Source of the DNA: Candidatus Krumholzibacteriota bacterium
GTDB taxonomy: Bacteria; Krumholzibacteriota; Krumholzibacteriia; JAJRXK01
Direction of reading: 5' to 3'
DNA length: 64,000 bases
NCBI GenBank assembly: GCA_963806035.1
Contig: CAWDWO010000014.1
Location: 10,905-74,904 of the forward strand
Position numbers and translations under genes: made by a program. Of this stretch, positions 41,043-51,111 are shown piece by piece. The first letter of the stretch is position 1. Every line of letters begins with the position of its first letter. The notes under the pieces are model-generated. The model was not told where the DNA came from, searched no databases, and saw only the letters and a list, made by a program, of their open reading frames with translations.

Positions 41043-42494
41043 ATGAACCCAAGCAACGAGCCCGACTCTCCGCTGATCCTCGTAACCGGTGCTACCGGCT
41101 ACGTGGGGGGACGCCTGCGCAGCCGCCTCGAATCGGCCGGTCATCGCGTACGCTGCATGGCGCGCCGTCCCGAGAGTCTTGCGCCGCGCGTCGGTCCTGC
41201 GACCGAGGTGGTTCGAGGCGATGTGCTCGAAATCGAGTCACTCGGGCCGGCGCTGAGTGAGGTGGACGTCGCCTACTATCTCGTGCATTCCATGGGCGCG
41301 GGATCGGAGTTCGAGGAACGCGATCGTCTCGGCGCGCAAAACTTTGCGCAGGCCGCGAAGGCAGCGGGGGTGGGCCGGATCGTCTATCTCGGCGGTCTGG
41401 GCGGCGACGAGGGCGAGCTGTCCGCGCATCTTCGCAGTCGCATGGAAGTCGGCGAGATCCTTCGCCAATCTGGCGTGCCAACCCTCGAATTTCGCGCCTC
41501 CATCGTGCTCGGGTCGGGGAGTTTGTCCTTCGAGATGATTCGCTCCTTGGTGGAGCTGCTCCCCATCATGGTAACGCCGAGCTGGGTGCAGGTGCGCGCC
41601 CAACCGATCGCCATCGACGATCTGCTGAACTACCTCCTGGCTGCGCTGGACTATAAAGCCACGGAGAGCAGCGTCTTCGAGATCGGCGGCGCCGACCAAG
41701 TCTCCTATCGCGAGTTGATGCGTGAATACGCGCGACAGCGAGGACTGCGTCGCATCATGCTTCCGGTGCCGGTACTCACCCCGTGGTTGTCCAGTCTGTG
41801 GCTCGGCCTGGTCACTCCGCTCTATGCACGCGTCGGACGGAAGTTGATCCAGAGCATCCGCAATTCGACCGTCGTGGAGAATCCGGCGGCGCTTGCGGCC
41901 TTTCCCGTTCGCCCGCGCGGAATGTCGCAAGCCATTGCGGCGGCGCTTTGCAACGAGGAGCGCGAGATGGCCGAAACTCGCTGGTATGACGCGGTCTCCT
42001 CGGCGGGGCTCACCAAGAGCTGGGCCGGTACGAGATTTCGCAACCGGATCGTCGACGCACGCTCCCTCGAACTCGAAGTGCCCCCGGAGGTGGCCTTCGC
42101 CCCCATCCGCAGAATCGGTGGCAAGAACGGCTGGTATGCCCACGACTGGCTGTGGCGTCTGCGCGGTGCCATGGACCTGCTGGTGGGCGGGGTGGGGATG
42201 CGCCGCGGCCGACCGGCCGACGATTCCCTGCGCGTGGGTGATCCCGTCGATTTTTGGCGTGTCGAGGCCTACGAACCCGATTCGCTCTTGCGCTTGAGCG
42301 CCGAGATGAAGCTTCCCGGCCGCGCGTGGCTGGAGTTCGAAGTCACTCCCCGGGATGGAGGTTGCACCATCCACCAGACGGCGATGTACGACCCGGTGGG
42401 TCTGTCGGGTCTTCTGTATTGGTACGCCCTCTACGTCGTGCACCGTTTCGTTTTCGCCGGCATGCTGCGCGGCATCGCCCGCGCCGCCAAGTAG
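41043..42494 (+). CDS. NAD(P)-binding SDR with DUF2867 domain (YbjT-like)
   Basis: LVTGATGYVGG, YYLVHSM, GSGSLSFEM, IGG.NGWY, AEMKLPGRAWLEF. Confidence 0.92.
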   Translation: MNPSNEPDSPLILVTGATGYVGGRLRSRLESAGHRVRCMARRPESLAPRVGPATEVVRGDVLEIESLGPALSEVDVAYYLVHSMGAGSEFEERDRLGAQNFAQAAKAAGVGRIVYLGGLGGDEGELSAHLRSRMEVGEILRQSGVPTLEFRASIVLGSGSLSFEMIRSLVELLPIMVTPSWVQVRAQPIAIDDLLNYLLAALDYKATESSVFEIGGADQVSYRELMREYARQRGLRRIMLPVPVLTPWLSSLWLGLVTPLYARVGRKLIQSIRNSTVVENPAALAAFPVRPRGMSQAIAAALCNEEREMAETRWYDAVSSAGLTKSWAGTRFRNRIVDARSLELEVPPEVAFAPIRRIGGKNGWYAHDWLWRLRGAMDLLVGGVGMRRGRPADDSLRVGDPVDFWRVEAYEPDSLLRLSAEMKLPGRAWLEFEVTPRDGGCTIHQTAMYDPVGLSGLLYWYALYVVHRFVFAGMLRGIARAAK

Positions 42495-42544
42495 GCACTC
42501 TCCTCTTATGGCGAGCCGGCGGCCCTGAAGTAGAATGAAGGACT

Positions 42545-44462
42545 ATGGAAGCACCTGTGCGACCGGTGATGGTCTTCGATGGCGACTGTGGCTTCTGCCG
42601 CCGCTGGATCGCGCGCTGGAAATACGCCACCGGCGATCGCGTCGAGTACCTTCCCTACCAGGAAGCCGCCCCGCGCTTTCCACAAATCCCGCGCGAGCGA
42701 TTCGCGCAAGCGGTGCATCTCGTGGAGCCCGATGGCCGCGTGAGCTTTGGCGCCGAGGCCGTCTTTCGCTCTTTGACCAGCACCACCTCAGGCAAGTTGT
42801 GGCTGCTCCTCTACCGCTACCTTCCCCTCTTCGCGCCGATCAGCGAGACCTTATATAGCTGGGTGGCCCGGCACCGAAACTTCGCCGACCGCTTTACCAC
42901 TTTGTTGTGGGGTCATCATGTGGTGCCGCCGGGGGAAGCTCGCACCGTACGACTCTTTTTGCGCTGCATGGGAGCGGTCTACGCCATCGCATTCTTCTCC
43001 TTGTGGGTACAACTGGATGGTCTGATCGGAATCCACGGCATTCTTCCGGCCAAGGAATACCTCGCTGCCGCTTCCTCGCAGTTGGGAGCGATCCGCTACT
43101 GGGTATTGCCCACCCTGTGCTGGTTTGGATCGGGGAATCTCGCGCTGCATCTGATCTGCGCGGGGGGCGTGCTCTGCGCGGCACTTGCGATCTTCGGACT
43201 CTTGCCGGCGCCCGCGTTCTCGGGCGCGTGGATCGCTTACCTCTCGCTGGTCACGGTGGGACAGGACTTCCTTCACTTCCAGTGGGACAGTCTTCTGCTC
43301 GAAGCCGGCTTCGTCGCCATCCTGCTGGCGCCGTGGCGCTTGCGTTTACGTGGCGGTGGACAGGCGCGCGGAGCGCAACAGTATCGTCCCCCGCGCGGCG
43401 CCCTGTGGCTCGGCCGCTGGCTTTTGTTCCGGCTGATGTTCGCTTCGGCCGTCGTCAAGCTCACGAGCGGCGACCCCTCGTGGCACTCGCTCACCGCACT
43501 CGACTACCACTACTTCACCCAGCCCCTACCACCGTGGACGGCCTGGTACTTCCACCTCTTGCCGCAGTGGTTCCAGAAGCTCTCGGTAGTGTTCATGTTC
43601 GCCGTGGAAGGTTCGCACCCTTTCTGATCTTCGGTCCACGGCGCCTGCGCTTTTGCGCCGCGGGCGCGATCGCTACCCTGCAGCTGCTGATTCTCCTCAC
43701 GGGCAATTACGGTTTCTTCAACCTGCTGGCACTCTCGCTGTGCGTGCTGCTTCTGGACGACGGGCTCTTGAGCGGCATCTCGCGTGGGGTTCCAGGCGCG
43801 CTTTTGTCATCCGGTGCGTCCACGGCGGAGTCGGAGGACGGTTCTGCGGACGCATCGAGCCTGGCGCGCGGGCACCCCTGGCCGCGCCGCATCGTCGTCC
43901 TGGCTCTGTTTCTTTTGAGCCTGGTTCCGATGGCGCGCACCCTTCGCCTACCGTCAGACTGCTTGGGTCCGCTCGAGGAGGTTTACCGTTGGAGTTCGCC
44001 GCTGCAGCTCGTGAACTCCTACGGACTCTTCGCGGTCATGACGACCGAGCGGCCCGAGATCATCGTCGAGGGAAGTCGTGACGGGGAGCACTGGAAGCCC
44101 TACGAGTTTCGCTACAAGCCGGGCGAGCTCAGCCGGCGGCCTCGCTTCGTGATTGCACACATGCCGCGCCTCGACTGGCAGATGTGGTTCGCGGCCCTGG
44201 GCGACTACCGTCAGAACCGCTGGTTCCTCGCCTTCTGCCAACGCCTGCTGGAGGGATCGGCCGATGTCACCGGGCTTCTGGCCGATGACCCCTTCGCCGG
44301 TGATCCCCCCCGTTACCTGCGCGCCCGAGTCTTCCTCTACGCTTCACCACGCCCGCACAGCGCCGACAGACCCACCGCTGGTGGACGCGGAGCTTGCGTG
44401 GACCCTACCTCCCAACCCTCACGCTGAGCGAGGGCCGACTGGCCGCGGCCAAGCCGCAGTAA
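42545..44462 (+). CDS. DCC1-like (DUF393) domain fused to lipase maturation factor; frameshifts at ~43612 and ~44340
   Basis: FDGDCGFC; FQWDSLLLEAGF, YHYFTQPLP, TGNYGFFNLL, YGLFAVMT..RPEI, PRLDWQMWFAAL; restored end YRFTT...WW. Confidence 0.88.
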
Positions 44463-44505
44463 GACGGTGGAGAACTGCGAGTTCTGCAGGAGAGTTGATT
44501 CGGCG

Positions 44506-45030
44506 TCAATTCGGCGAGATCAAGTCCTGGGGTAATGCCGTGGACTCCGGAACGACGGAGCTCTTCTTCTTCAGCTCCCCGTACGCACCGAGCAAGGCCA
44601 CGATCGCCACCAACGACGCGAGGAGGTGCACGAAGCTGCCCAACTCTTCGGCCTTGTCCAGCATTCCCCAACGGCTGAGCAGCCAGTTCCAGTCGTGGAT
44701 GTTCCCGCCCACCAGGGGAAGGGCCATGCGGCGCGCGTCGCCGATGTACCTCGCCGCGTACATCAGACTCTCCGCGAACCAGACCACGACGACATACGCC
44801 TCAAAACGCTGCCGGCGTTTGAAGAAGTAGCCCACGAAGAGGGCGGGGAAGATGAGCTGGCCCAGGGTGCCCCCCAGGAAGTAGATGGTCCGTCCGAAGG
44901 GACTGAAGAAGACGTGGCCCGCCTCGTGGATCAATAGATTGACCCCATCGACGAAGTGGTAGCGGTAGCCGAAGATCAGCCAGACCACGTAGGGCACCAA
45001 TGCCGCCAGGAAGATCGCTTTTGCCTTCAT
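44506..45030 (-). CDS. Membrane protein with HExxH motif (M50-like peptidase family)
   Basis: NLLIHEAGH.FF..FG, LGGTLGQL, Y..DAR...LPL, HDWN.LL. Confidence 0.75.
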   Translation of the reverse strand: MKAKAIFLAALVPYVVWLIFGYRYHFVDGVNLLIHEAGHVFFSPFGRTIYFLGGTLGQLIFPALFVGYFFKRRQRFEAYVVVVWFAESLMYAARYIGDARRMALPLVGGNIHDWNWLLSRWGMLDKAEELGSFVHLLASLVAIVALLGAYGELKKKSSVVPESTALPQDLISPN

Positions 45031-45137
45031 GCCGCCGATCGGTAGCAAGAAGGGTGCTTGGGTGGATGCCCCTCTTTGCCTTCATTTCAGGGGCATAAGG
45101 GCCGATTCGAGCCCCTTGGGAGGTTTTTTGCAAATAT

Positions 45138-45151
45138 ACCGACCGGTCGGT
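45138..45151. promoter_or_regulatory. TetR operator 1
   Basis: Perfect palindrome ACCGACCGGTCGGT abutting the -35. Confidence 0.8.
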
Positions 45152-45180
45152 TTGACATTTCCCGCGCCCGATGCTAGGAT
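45152..45180 (+). promoter_or_regulatory. Sigma70 promoter TTGACA-17 bp-TAGGAT with extended -10 TG
   Basis: Consensus -35 and ideal spacing; ATG 7 nt after the -10. Confidence 0.75.
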
Positions 45181-45187
45181 GTCGCCC

Positions 45188-45769
45188 ATGTCCAGCGAAG
45201 TACAGGAAAGGCTGATCACCGCCGCCAGGCAGCAGATGCTCCGTCAGGGTTACGCGGCGACGGGGATCGAAGCCATCTGCCGTGAAGCCGGGGTCAGCAA
45301 GGGCGCCTTTTATCACTCCTTTGCCAGCAAGGAAGCGGTCGCCGTCGCGGCGCTGGAGAGCTTCTATCGGCATGGCCTGCAGGAGCTCGGGACCATCGAC
45401 CTGAGTGAGGCCGCCCCCGCCGAGCGTCTTCCGCTCTTCGTCGAGCGCCTGGCCGATCGGGCCGGCTTGTTGTGGGAAAATGGCTGCTTGCTCGGTGGAC
45501 TCGCCAGCGAGATGGCGATCACCAGCGACGAGCTGCAACGCCAGGTCGCCCGTCAATTCGATGGCCTGGCCGCCATGGTGGCCCGACTCGCCCAACCCTT
45601 CGTGGAAGCACTGCCCGATTCAGACTTCAGCGCCACCGAGGTGGCCGAAGATCTCCTTGCCTTCATCGAAGGGGCCGTCGTTCTGGCGCGGGCCCACCGT
45701 GATCCCGAGCGCCTACGCGTCCCCTTCCAACGCTACGCCGCCATGCTGCGCGCCCTTCAGGCGCGCTAA
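45188..45769 (+). CDS. TetR/AcrR-family regulator (NemR-like)
   Basis: GYAATGIEAICREAGVSKGAFYHSFASKE HTH; GCLLG.LA.E; EGA..LARA. Confidence 0.93.
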   Translation: MSSEVQERLITAARQQMLRQGYAATGIEAICREAGVSKGAFYHSFASKEAVAVAALESFYRHGLQELGTIDLSEAAPAERLPLFVERLADRAGLLWENGCLLGGLASEMAITSDELQRQVARQFDGLAAMVARLAQPFVEALPDSDFSATEVAEDLLAFIEGAVVLARAHRDPERLRVPFQRYAAMLRALQAR

Positions 45770-45813
45770 GAATTCCCCCGAAAAGGTCTCTGCGGGACCA
45801 GAAGGAAGTTGCC

Positions 45814-46599
45814 ATGAACGTTCAAGAACTCGAGGCATTACATACCGACCGGTCGGTATCAATCACGAACTCCAAACTACAACGCGTCGCGATCCTGGCC
45901 TACGGGGTCGGCTCCTATGCGGTCGGATTCACCTCCCTGCTCCTGGTGATCCTGGCCTGCCTCGGTGTGTATCGTTTCTCGGGCGGACCGGTCCAGATCA
46001 CGAGTCCGCTGCTGGCCGTCCTCTTCAACCTCGGCCTTCTGTTGATTTTCGGGCTGCAGCACAGCGTGATGGCGCGGCCCTCCTTCAAGAAGCGTTGGAC
46101 CCGCGTCATCCACCCCTCGCTGGAACGACCCACCTTCGTTCTCACCACGGGCGCCGTGTTGATTCCCTTGGTCGCGCTCTGGCAACCACTCCCGAGCATG
46201 GTGTGGTCCTTGGGCGCGCCACTTTTGCGCGATGCGGTGACCGGCGTTGCCCTGCTCGGCTGGACCTACCTGTTCTTGGCGACCTTCGCGATCAACCATT
46301 TCGAACTCTTCGGGCTTCAGCAGAGTTGGCGGGGATTTCTCGACCGGCTGCCGGTTCCCGTGCCCTTTCGCGAGCGTTGGATGTACCGCATCGATCGCCA
46401 TCCCATCATGACCGGTCTCTTGGTGGGCCTGTGGGCGGCGCCGGAGATGACGGTGGGACGCCTGCTCTTCGCCGCGGGCTTCTCGGTCTACATCGTCATC
46501 GGGGTGTACTTCGAGGAGCGCACCTTGAGGCGGCAATGGGGCGATACCTACGAGACCTATCGCAGACGTGTGTCATCGGTCGTTCCGACGATGCGGTGA
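45814..46599 (+). CDS. Methanethiol S-methyltransferase (MddA)-like membrane methyltransferase
   Basis: FGLQHSVMARPSFK, ER.T.VL, INHFELFGL.Q, RHPIM.G, FEER.L...G..Y..YR. Confidence 0.82.
   Translation: MNVQELEALHTDRSVSITNSKLQRVAILAYGVGSYAVGFTSLLLVILACLGVYRFSGGPVQITSPLLAVLFNLGLLLIFGLQHSVMARPSFKKRWTRVIHPSLERPTFVLTTGAVLIPLVALWQPLPSMVWSLGAPLLRDAVTGVALLGWTYLFLATFAINHFELFGLQQSWRGFLDRLPVPVPFRERWMYRIDRHPIMTGLLVGLWAAPEMTVGRLLFAAGFSVYIVIGVYFEERTLRRQWGDTYETYRRRVSSVVPTMR
45842..45859. promoter_or_regulatory. TetR operator 2, inside the 5' coding region of the MddA-like gene
   Basis: Perfect 18-bp palindrome ATACCGACCGGTCGGTAT with the same core as operator 1. Confidence 0.75.
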
Positions 46600-46772
46600 G
46601 TTCCTTGGTTCAGCTCGATTGAGCTTTTGAAAACGGTGGAATTGGCGCAGGATCTCTGCCGAGCAAAGGCCAAGGGAGATTCCGGGTCGCGCCCGACTCG
46701 ATCTCCTTGGACGAAGGACTCGGAAGGCGAAGGTACGAGAAAAATGGAACCTGGGGTGTGGCACCTTACCCA

Positions 46773-47738
46773 ATGATTGATCTGGCCCTCATCGTGATTG
46801 GCTTGACTCTTCTGATCGCCGGAGGCGAAGCCCTCGTTCGCGGCGCCTCCGGCATCGCGCTGCGCGCCAACGTCTCACCCGCAGTCATTGGCCTGACCAT
46901 CGTGGCGGCGGGCACATCGATGCCCGAACTCGTGGTATCGCTTCAGTCAGCACTCCAGGGCCGGCCGGGCATTGCCATTGGCAATGTCGTTGGCTCGAAC
47001 ATCTTCAACATCGCGGCGATTTTGGGGCTGACGGCTTTGATGCGTCCGCTGCAGATCCGGGGCAACACCGTGCGCCTGGAGTGGCCCGTCATGATGCTGG
47101 CCGCTCTTCAGTTTCTCCTGCTCACCCGCGACGGACGCTGCGACCGCTTCGAGGGTGGCTTCCTCCTCGCCACCATGCTCGCCTTTTTCGCCTATGTGGT
47201 ATGGCTTGCCAGAAACGGCGCCACGCCAGTCGAACGCGACGGGCTGGTCGAGGTCGTTACGAGGCCGGTGGGACCCGTTGGCGGGGCAAGCCCGCTCTTT
47301 GATCTTGCCGCCACTTTGGTCGGGGTGGGACTCTTGGCCGCGGGATCGACGCTCTTGGTTCATGGCGCGGTTGGTGTGGCAACTGCTTTGGGAGTCTCTG
47401 AGACGGTCATCGGCCTGACGATCGTGGCCGCGGGAACGAGCACGCCCGAATTGGTCACCTCCCTCGTCGCCGCATGGCGCGGGCGGGACGATATCGCAGT
47501 GGGAAACGTGATCGGTTCCAACATCTTCAACATCTTGGGAATCGTCGGCGTCACCGCCTTGGTCCATCCCGTGGAGATTCCCCGTGAGGTGCTGGCGAGA
47601 GACGTGTGGTGGATGATCGGGGCCTCCCTCCTCCTCTTCCCCTTGATGAAGTCGGGCATGCGGATCAACCGGCTGGAAGGGGCGCTTCTCTTCATGGGTT
47701 TCATACTCTACATGGCGGTGCTGCTCCGTGGTGTCTGA
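46773..47738 (+). CDS. Calcium/sodium antiporter (CaCA, YrbG-like)
   Basis: Two alpha repeats IGLTIVAAGTS.PEL...GNV.GSNIFNI. Confidence 0.93.
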   Translation: MIDLALIVIGLTLLIAGGEALVRGASGIALRANVSPAVIGLTIVAAGTSMPELVVSLQSALQGRPGIAIGNVVGSNIFNIAAILGLTALMRPLQIRGNTVRLEWPVMMLAALQFLLLTRDGRCDRFEGGFLLATMLAFFAYVVWLARNGATPVERDGLVEVVTRPVGPVGGASPLFDLAATLVGVGLLAAGSTLLVHGAVGVATALGVSETVIGLTIVAAGTSTPELVTSLVAAWRGRDDIAVGNVIGSNIFNILGIVGVTALVHPVEIPREVLARDVWWMIGASLLLFPLMKSGMRINRLEGALLFMGFILYMAVLLRGV

Positions 47739-47923
47739 CTTGCGGCCGTTCGAGCTGAGAGGAGGACATTGCCCTCCGACGACACGAGGTGCCCTCGCGC
47801 ACTGCGTGACCTGGACCGCACTCGGTGATATTCTTGCGGGTGGAAAATCGCCGACGCAACCCGCGCGGCGTCTATACCCCCTCTTTTCCTCGGGAGATCT
47901 ACGACGTGCGTCGAGCCCCTCTG

Positions 47924-48871
47924 ATGCTGGTCTACCTTGTCCTCCTCTCGCTTTCGATCGTCGCGCCCGCCAACGCGCAGCCGCTTCCCTCCTGGCGCGA
48001 GGGCGCGGCGCGCACCGCCATTCTGGAGTTCGTGGCCGCGGTGTGCGACACGACGAGTCCCGACTTCGTTCCACGAGATGAACGCATCGCGGTGCTGGAC
48101 AATGACGGGACCTGCTGGTGCGAAGAACCGCACTCGGCAAGCAGCACCTTTCAGCTCTCACTGCTGCGCAGCTTGGTGGCGAGTGGATTGGTCGATGGCG
48201 AGCAAATGCCGCAGCGAGCCTGGCTGGCCAACGACCACAAGGCCTTGCGCGCGTTCGGTTGGGACGCGGCTTACGAGGGTAGGAACGCTGCCTTTGCCGG
48301 GATGAGCGTGGAGGCCTACCGGGATTCGTCCCGCGCATTTCTCGAGCGAGCACGCGACCCGCACTTCGACCGGCCGTACACCCAGCTCTTCTATGTGCCG
48401 ATGTTCGAACTGAAGGACTATCTCCAGGCTCATGGCTTCCAGGTCTGGATCGTCACCGGAGGGGAACAGGACTTCGTTCGTGTCCTTTACGGAGAGGTGA
48501 TCGGCCTCGATCCCGCGCGGGTGATCGGCACCTGGACGACCCCCGTGTACAGTGTGGTGAACGGTAGGCCGCAACTGGTTCGTACTGGCTCCCGCGTGTA
48601 CAACGGTCACGAGCACAAACCGGAGGACATCTACATGCGCATTGGCCGCCGGCCGATCTTCGCCGCGGGGAACAGTAACAATGACGAACCCATGTGCCTG
48701 TACTCCCTCACCGGAACGCATCGTGGTCTGGCGCTCTGGATTCAGCACGACGATGCCGAGCGCGAGTTCGCCCGCCGTGGGCATCCCGACAAGATCGAGG
48801 CCCTGTGCCGGGACAATGCGGCCGCCATCCCGGTGAGCATGAAGAGGGACTGGGCTCGGGTCTTCCCTTGA
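47924..48871 (+). CDS. Exported HAD-superfamily hydrolase (acid phosphatase-like)
   Basis: PLPSW, AVLDNDGTCWCE, IVTGG..DF.R, IGRRPI.AAGNS..D, HDDAERE, VSMKRDW. Confidence 0.85.
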   Translation: MLVYLVLLSLSIVAPANAQPLPSWREGAARTAILEFVAAVCDTTSPDFVPRDERIAVLDNDGTCWCEEPHSASSTFQLSLLRSLVASGLVDGEQMPQRAWLANDHKALRAFGWDAAYEGRNAAFAGMSVEAYRDSSRAFLERARDPHFDRPYTQLFYVPMFELKDYLQAHGFQVWIVTGGEQDFVRVLYGEVIGLDPARVIGTWTTPVYSVVNGRPQLVRTGSRVYNGHEHKPEDIYMRIGRRPIFAAGNSNNDEPMCLYSLTGTHRGLALWIQHDDAEREFARRGHPDKIEALCRDNAAAIPVSMKRDWARVFP

Positions 48872-48930
48872 GGATGAGCTGGGGGGAGCCCTGGACTGTA
48901 TAGAGGACCAGGTGGTATGATGTTTTGGTC

Positions 48931-49497
48931 ATGAAACGCCTCTGGATCCTCCTCCTCGCGCTCATGCTGCAGGGTCCTGCCGCCGGGCAATCGTCTGCCG
49001 CCACCCTTGCCTACAGCTCGGACTGCTCCGGCGTACCCACGCAGTACCTCTTCGAGGGTGGTTGCGTCATCATACCCTTTTCGCTGATCGCCCTGGATCT
49101 CACCGAAGCCATGAAGGCCGTGGAATTCTCGATGAGTCTTCCACCAGGGGTGGATCTTGCGTGCGCCTATGGATCTCCAGGTGACCTCTCTCGTGAGGGC
49201 GACAACTTCTACATCACCTTCGACGAGTGCCTGCAAGCAGGAGATTCGGTCACGCTCTTTGTCTTCTATCCGGTTTATGACCCGGTCATCACCGGACAAT
49301 CCTGTCTCGGTCCCGCCACCCCCTCGCACCTCGGTCTCACGGAAGCCGGTTATCTCAGTTGCGACGGGAAGGCTGTCGCGTTCGAAACCTGGGCCCACTC
49401 CAATTCCAACGTACCCAGAGGCTGCACCACGATGGTTCTCGAACAGGGCGGACCGGCAAGCGAGAGCCACTGGGGCGCGATGAAGAGTTGGTTCTGA
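48931..49497 (+). CDS. Secreted Cys-containing protein with C-terminal SESHWGAMKSWF tail
   Basis: Signal peptide, several Cys, short amphipathic WG..K tail. Confidence 0.72.
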   Translation: MKRLWILLLALMLQGPAAGQSSAATLAYSSDCSGVPTQYLFEGGCVIIPFSLIALDLTEAMKAVEFSMSLPPGVDLACAYGSPGDLSREGDNFYITFDECLQAGDSVTLFVFYPVYDPVITGQSCLGPATPSHLGLTEAGYLSCDGKAVAFETWAHSNSNVPRGCTTMVLEQGGPASESHWGAMKSWF

Positions 49498-51065
49498 CTC
49501 GCGGCCGGGTCCTCGCCGCTGCGATGGCGGCCCTTTTTGGTGGCGGGCTCGTCCTGTACATGACAGGCAGCCTGGGCCTGGCTATCACCCCCGATTCCCT
49601 GCGCTACCTGGCAGCGGCGAAGAACCTGGCCGAGGGCCATGGTCTCCTGGGCTACGACAACACGCCCTTTGTCAGCTGGCCTCCACTATTGCCCATGGTG
49701 CTCGCGCTGATGCAGACCGTGGGCATGGAGATGGTCCATGGACTGCGCTGGTTCTATGCCCTGCTCAACGCCTTCGTCTTGGCCTTTTCGGTCTACTGGG
49801 TCGCTCGCAATGCAGATGAAAGCTCCCGGCCTCTTTCCACGTGGGCTCCATTCCTCTTCGCCGCCACCGTCGTGTGCAGCTTGCCGCAGCTGCGCGTGGC
49901 AACTGCCGTCTGGTCCGAGCTGCTGTTCATCGCTTTGGCATTGATTTGCCTGCATGCAGCCGTCGCTGCATCGATGAGCTACGACCGCAAGACCTTCGCG
50001 GTGGTGGTGGTCGCGGCCGCCCTGGCTTGCCTCAGCCGCTACAGCGCCCTCGCGCTTCTCTTTGCCGTCGCCTCGTTGTTCGTTCTGGTCGGCAGCGGTG
50101 GTCTTGGCAAGCGCTGGAAGCGCAGCCTCCTCTTCGGATCGGCGGCGGGGCTCCCCCTGGCTCTGTGGATGCTTCGCAATTGGTATGCGAGCGGCACCCT
50201 CACCGGACCACGATACGCAAGCATCTATCCTGTGGGCGAAGCAACCGATCTGCTGGGAGCCTCCATCCCCAGATTGTTCCTTCCCGCCAGAATCGCGGAT
50301 CGCGTTCCCGGACACGTCTGGCTGCTTCTCTTCGCCCTGCTCTTGGCGGGAAGCTTGTGGTCCAGCGTGCGTTCTGTACGAAGAGACCCGCCGAGCTTTC
50401 GCCGCATCTCACGCCTGGCTTTGGTTTTGTATCTGGCGTGGTTCTTTTTGATGCTGGTGGCCGCTTTCGCGACCATTGGCATGGATGTTCCCAACGATCG
50501 CCTCTGGGCGCCGGCCGTTCTGCCTGCCTTGATTCTCCTCGGCCTGTTTGTGCAAAGGAAAAGCGACTGGCGCAGCTGGACCGCCCTACTGATTTTGACC
50601 GGGGTGATGCTCAGCGGCGCCGTTCGTCTTCCCGCCAGAATCGAGAGATTTCAAGAGAAGGATGCGGTCTATGCCCTACCCAGCTGGCAGCACTCTCAGC
50701 TGCTTCGGTATCTGCGGGACAAGCCCCTGAAGGGAACCGTGATCAGCAATCAGCCGGAATTCTTGCACTATGCGCTGGGCATTCAGGTGCACTCGGCTCC
50801 ACGCTTCAAGAACTACAACAGCAAGAATCTATGGATCCAGAAGGACGAGGTGCGACGTTTCGAGGCTACGGTGAAGCGCGGGCACGGCGCACACATCGTG
50901 TGGTTCAACCAAACCAAGGGGTATCTCTTCCCCTTGGCGTGGCTTCAGAAGTACTTCCCCTTCGAGACCATCGCAGAGACGGGCGATGGCAAGCTCTTCT
51001 ACCTGGGTAGCTTCGAAGGTTCCGTGGTTCCCAAGAACGAGGACGCCCAGCCCAGGCAAGAGTAG
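49488..51065 (+). CDS. Multi-pass GT-C fold glycosyltransferase (GT39/ArnT-like)
   Basis: TPDS..Y...A.NL..G.G, WPPL.P, WSELLF, many TM helices, soluble C-terminal domain; start uncertain. Confidence 0.75.
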   Translation: MVLTRGRVLAAAMAALFGGGLVLYMTGSLGLAITPDSLRYLAAAKNLAEGHGLLGYDNTPFVSWPPLLPMVLALMQTVGMEMVHGLRWFYALLNAFVLAFSVYWVARNADESSRPLSTWAPFLFAATVVCSLPQLRVATAVWSELLFIALALICLHAAVAASMSYDRKTFAVVVVAAALACLSRYSALALLFAVASLFVLVGSGGLGKRWKRSLLFGSAAGLPLALWMLRNWYASGTLTGPRYASIYPVGEATDLLGASIPRLFLPARIADRVPGHVWLLLFALLLAGSLWSSVRSVRRDPPSFRRISRLALVLYLAWFFLMLVAAFATIGMDVPNDRLWAPAVLPALILLGLFVQRKSDWRSWTALLILTGVMLSGAVRLPARIERFQEKDAVYALPSWQHSQLLRYLRDKPLKGTVISNQPEFLHYALGIQVHSAPRFKNYNSKNLWIQKDEVRRFEATVKRGHGAHIVWFNQTKGYLFPLAWLQKYFPFETIAETGDGKLFYLGSFEGSVVPKNEDAQPRQE

Positions 51066-51111
51066 CCAGGGCCCTCTTCTGCCTGTTCCTCTTGCCTCAT
51101 TGGTTTGTCCC

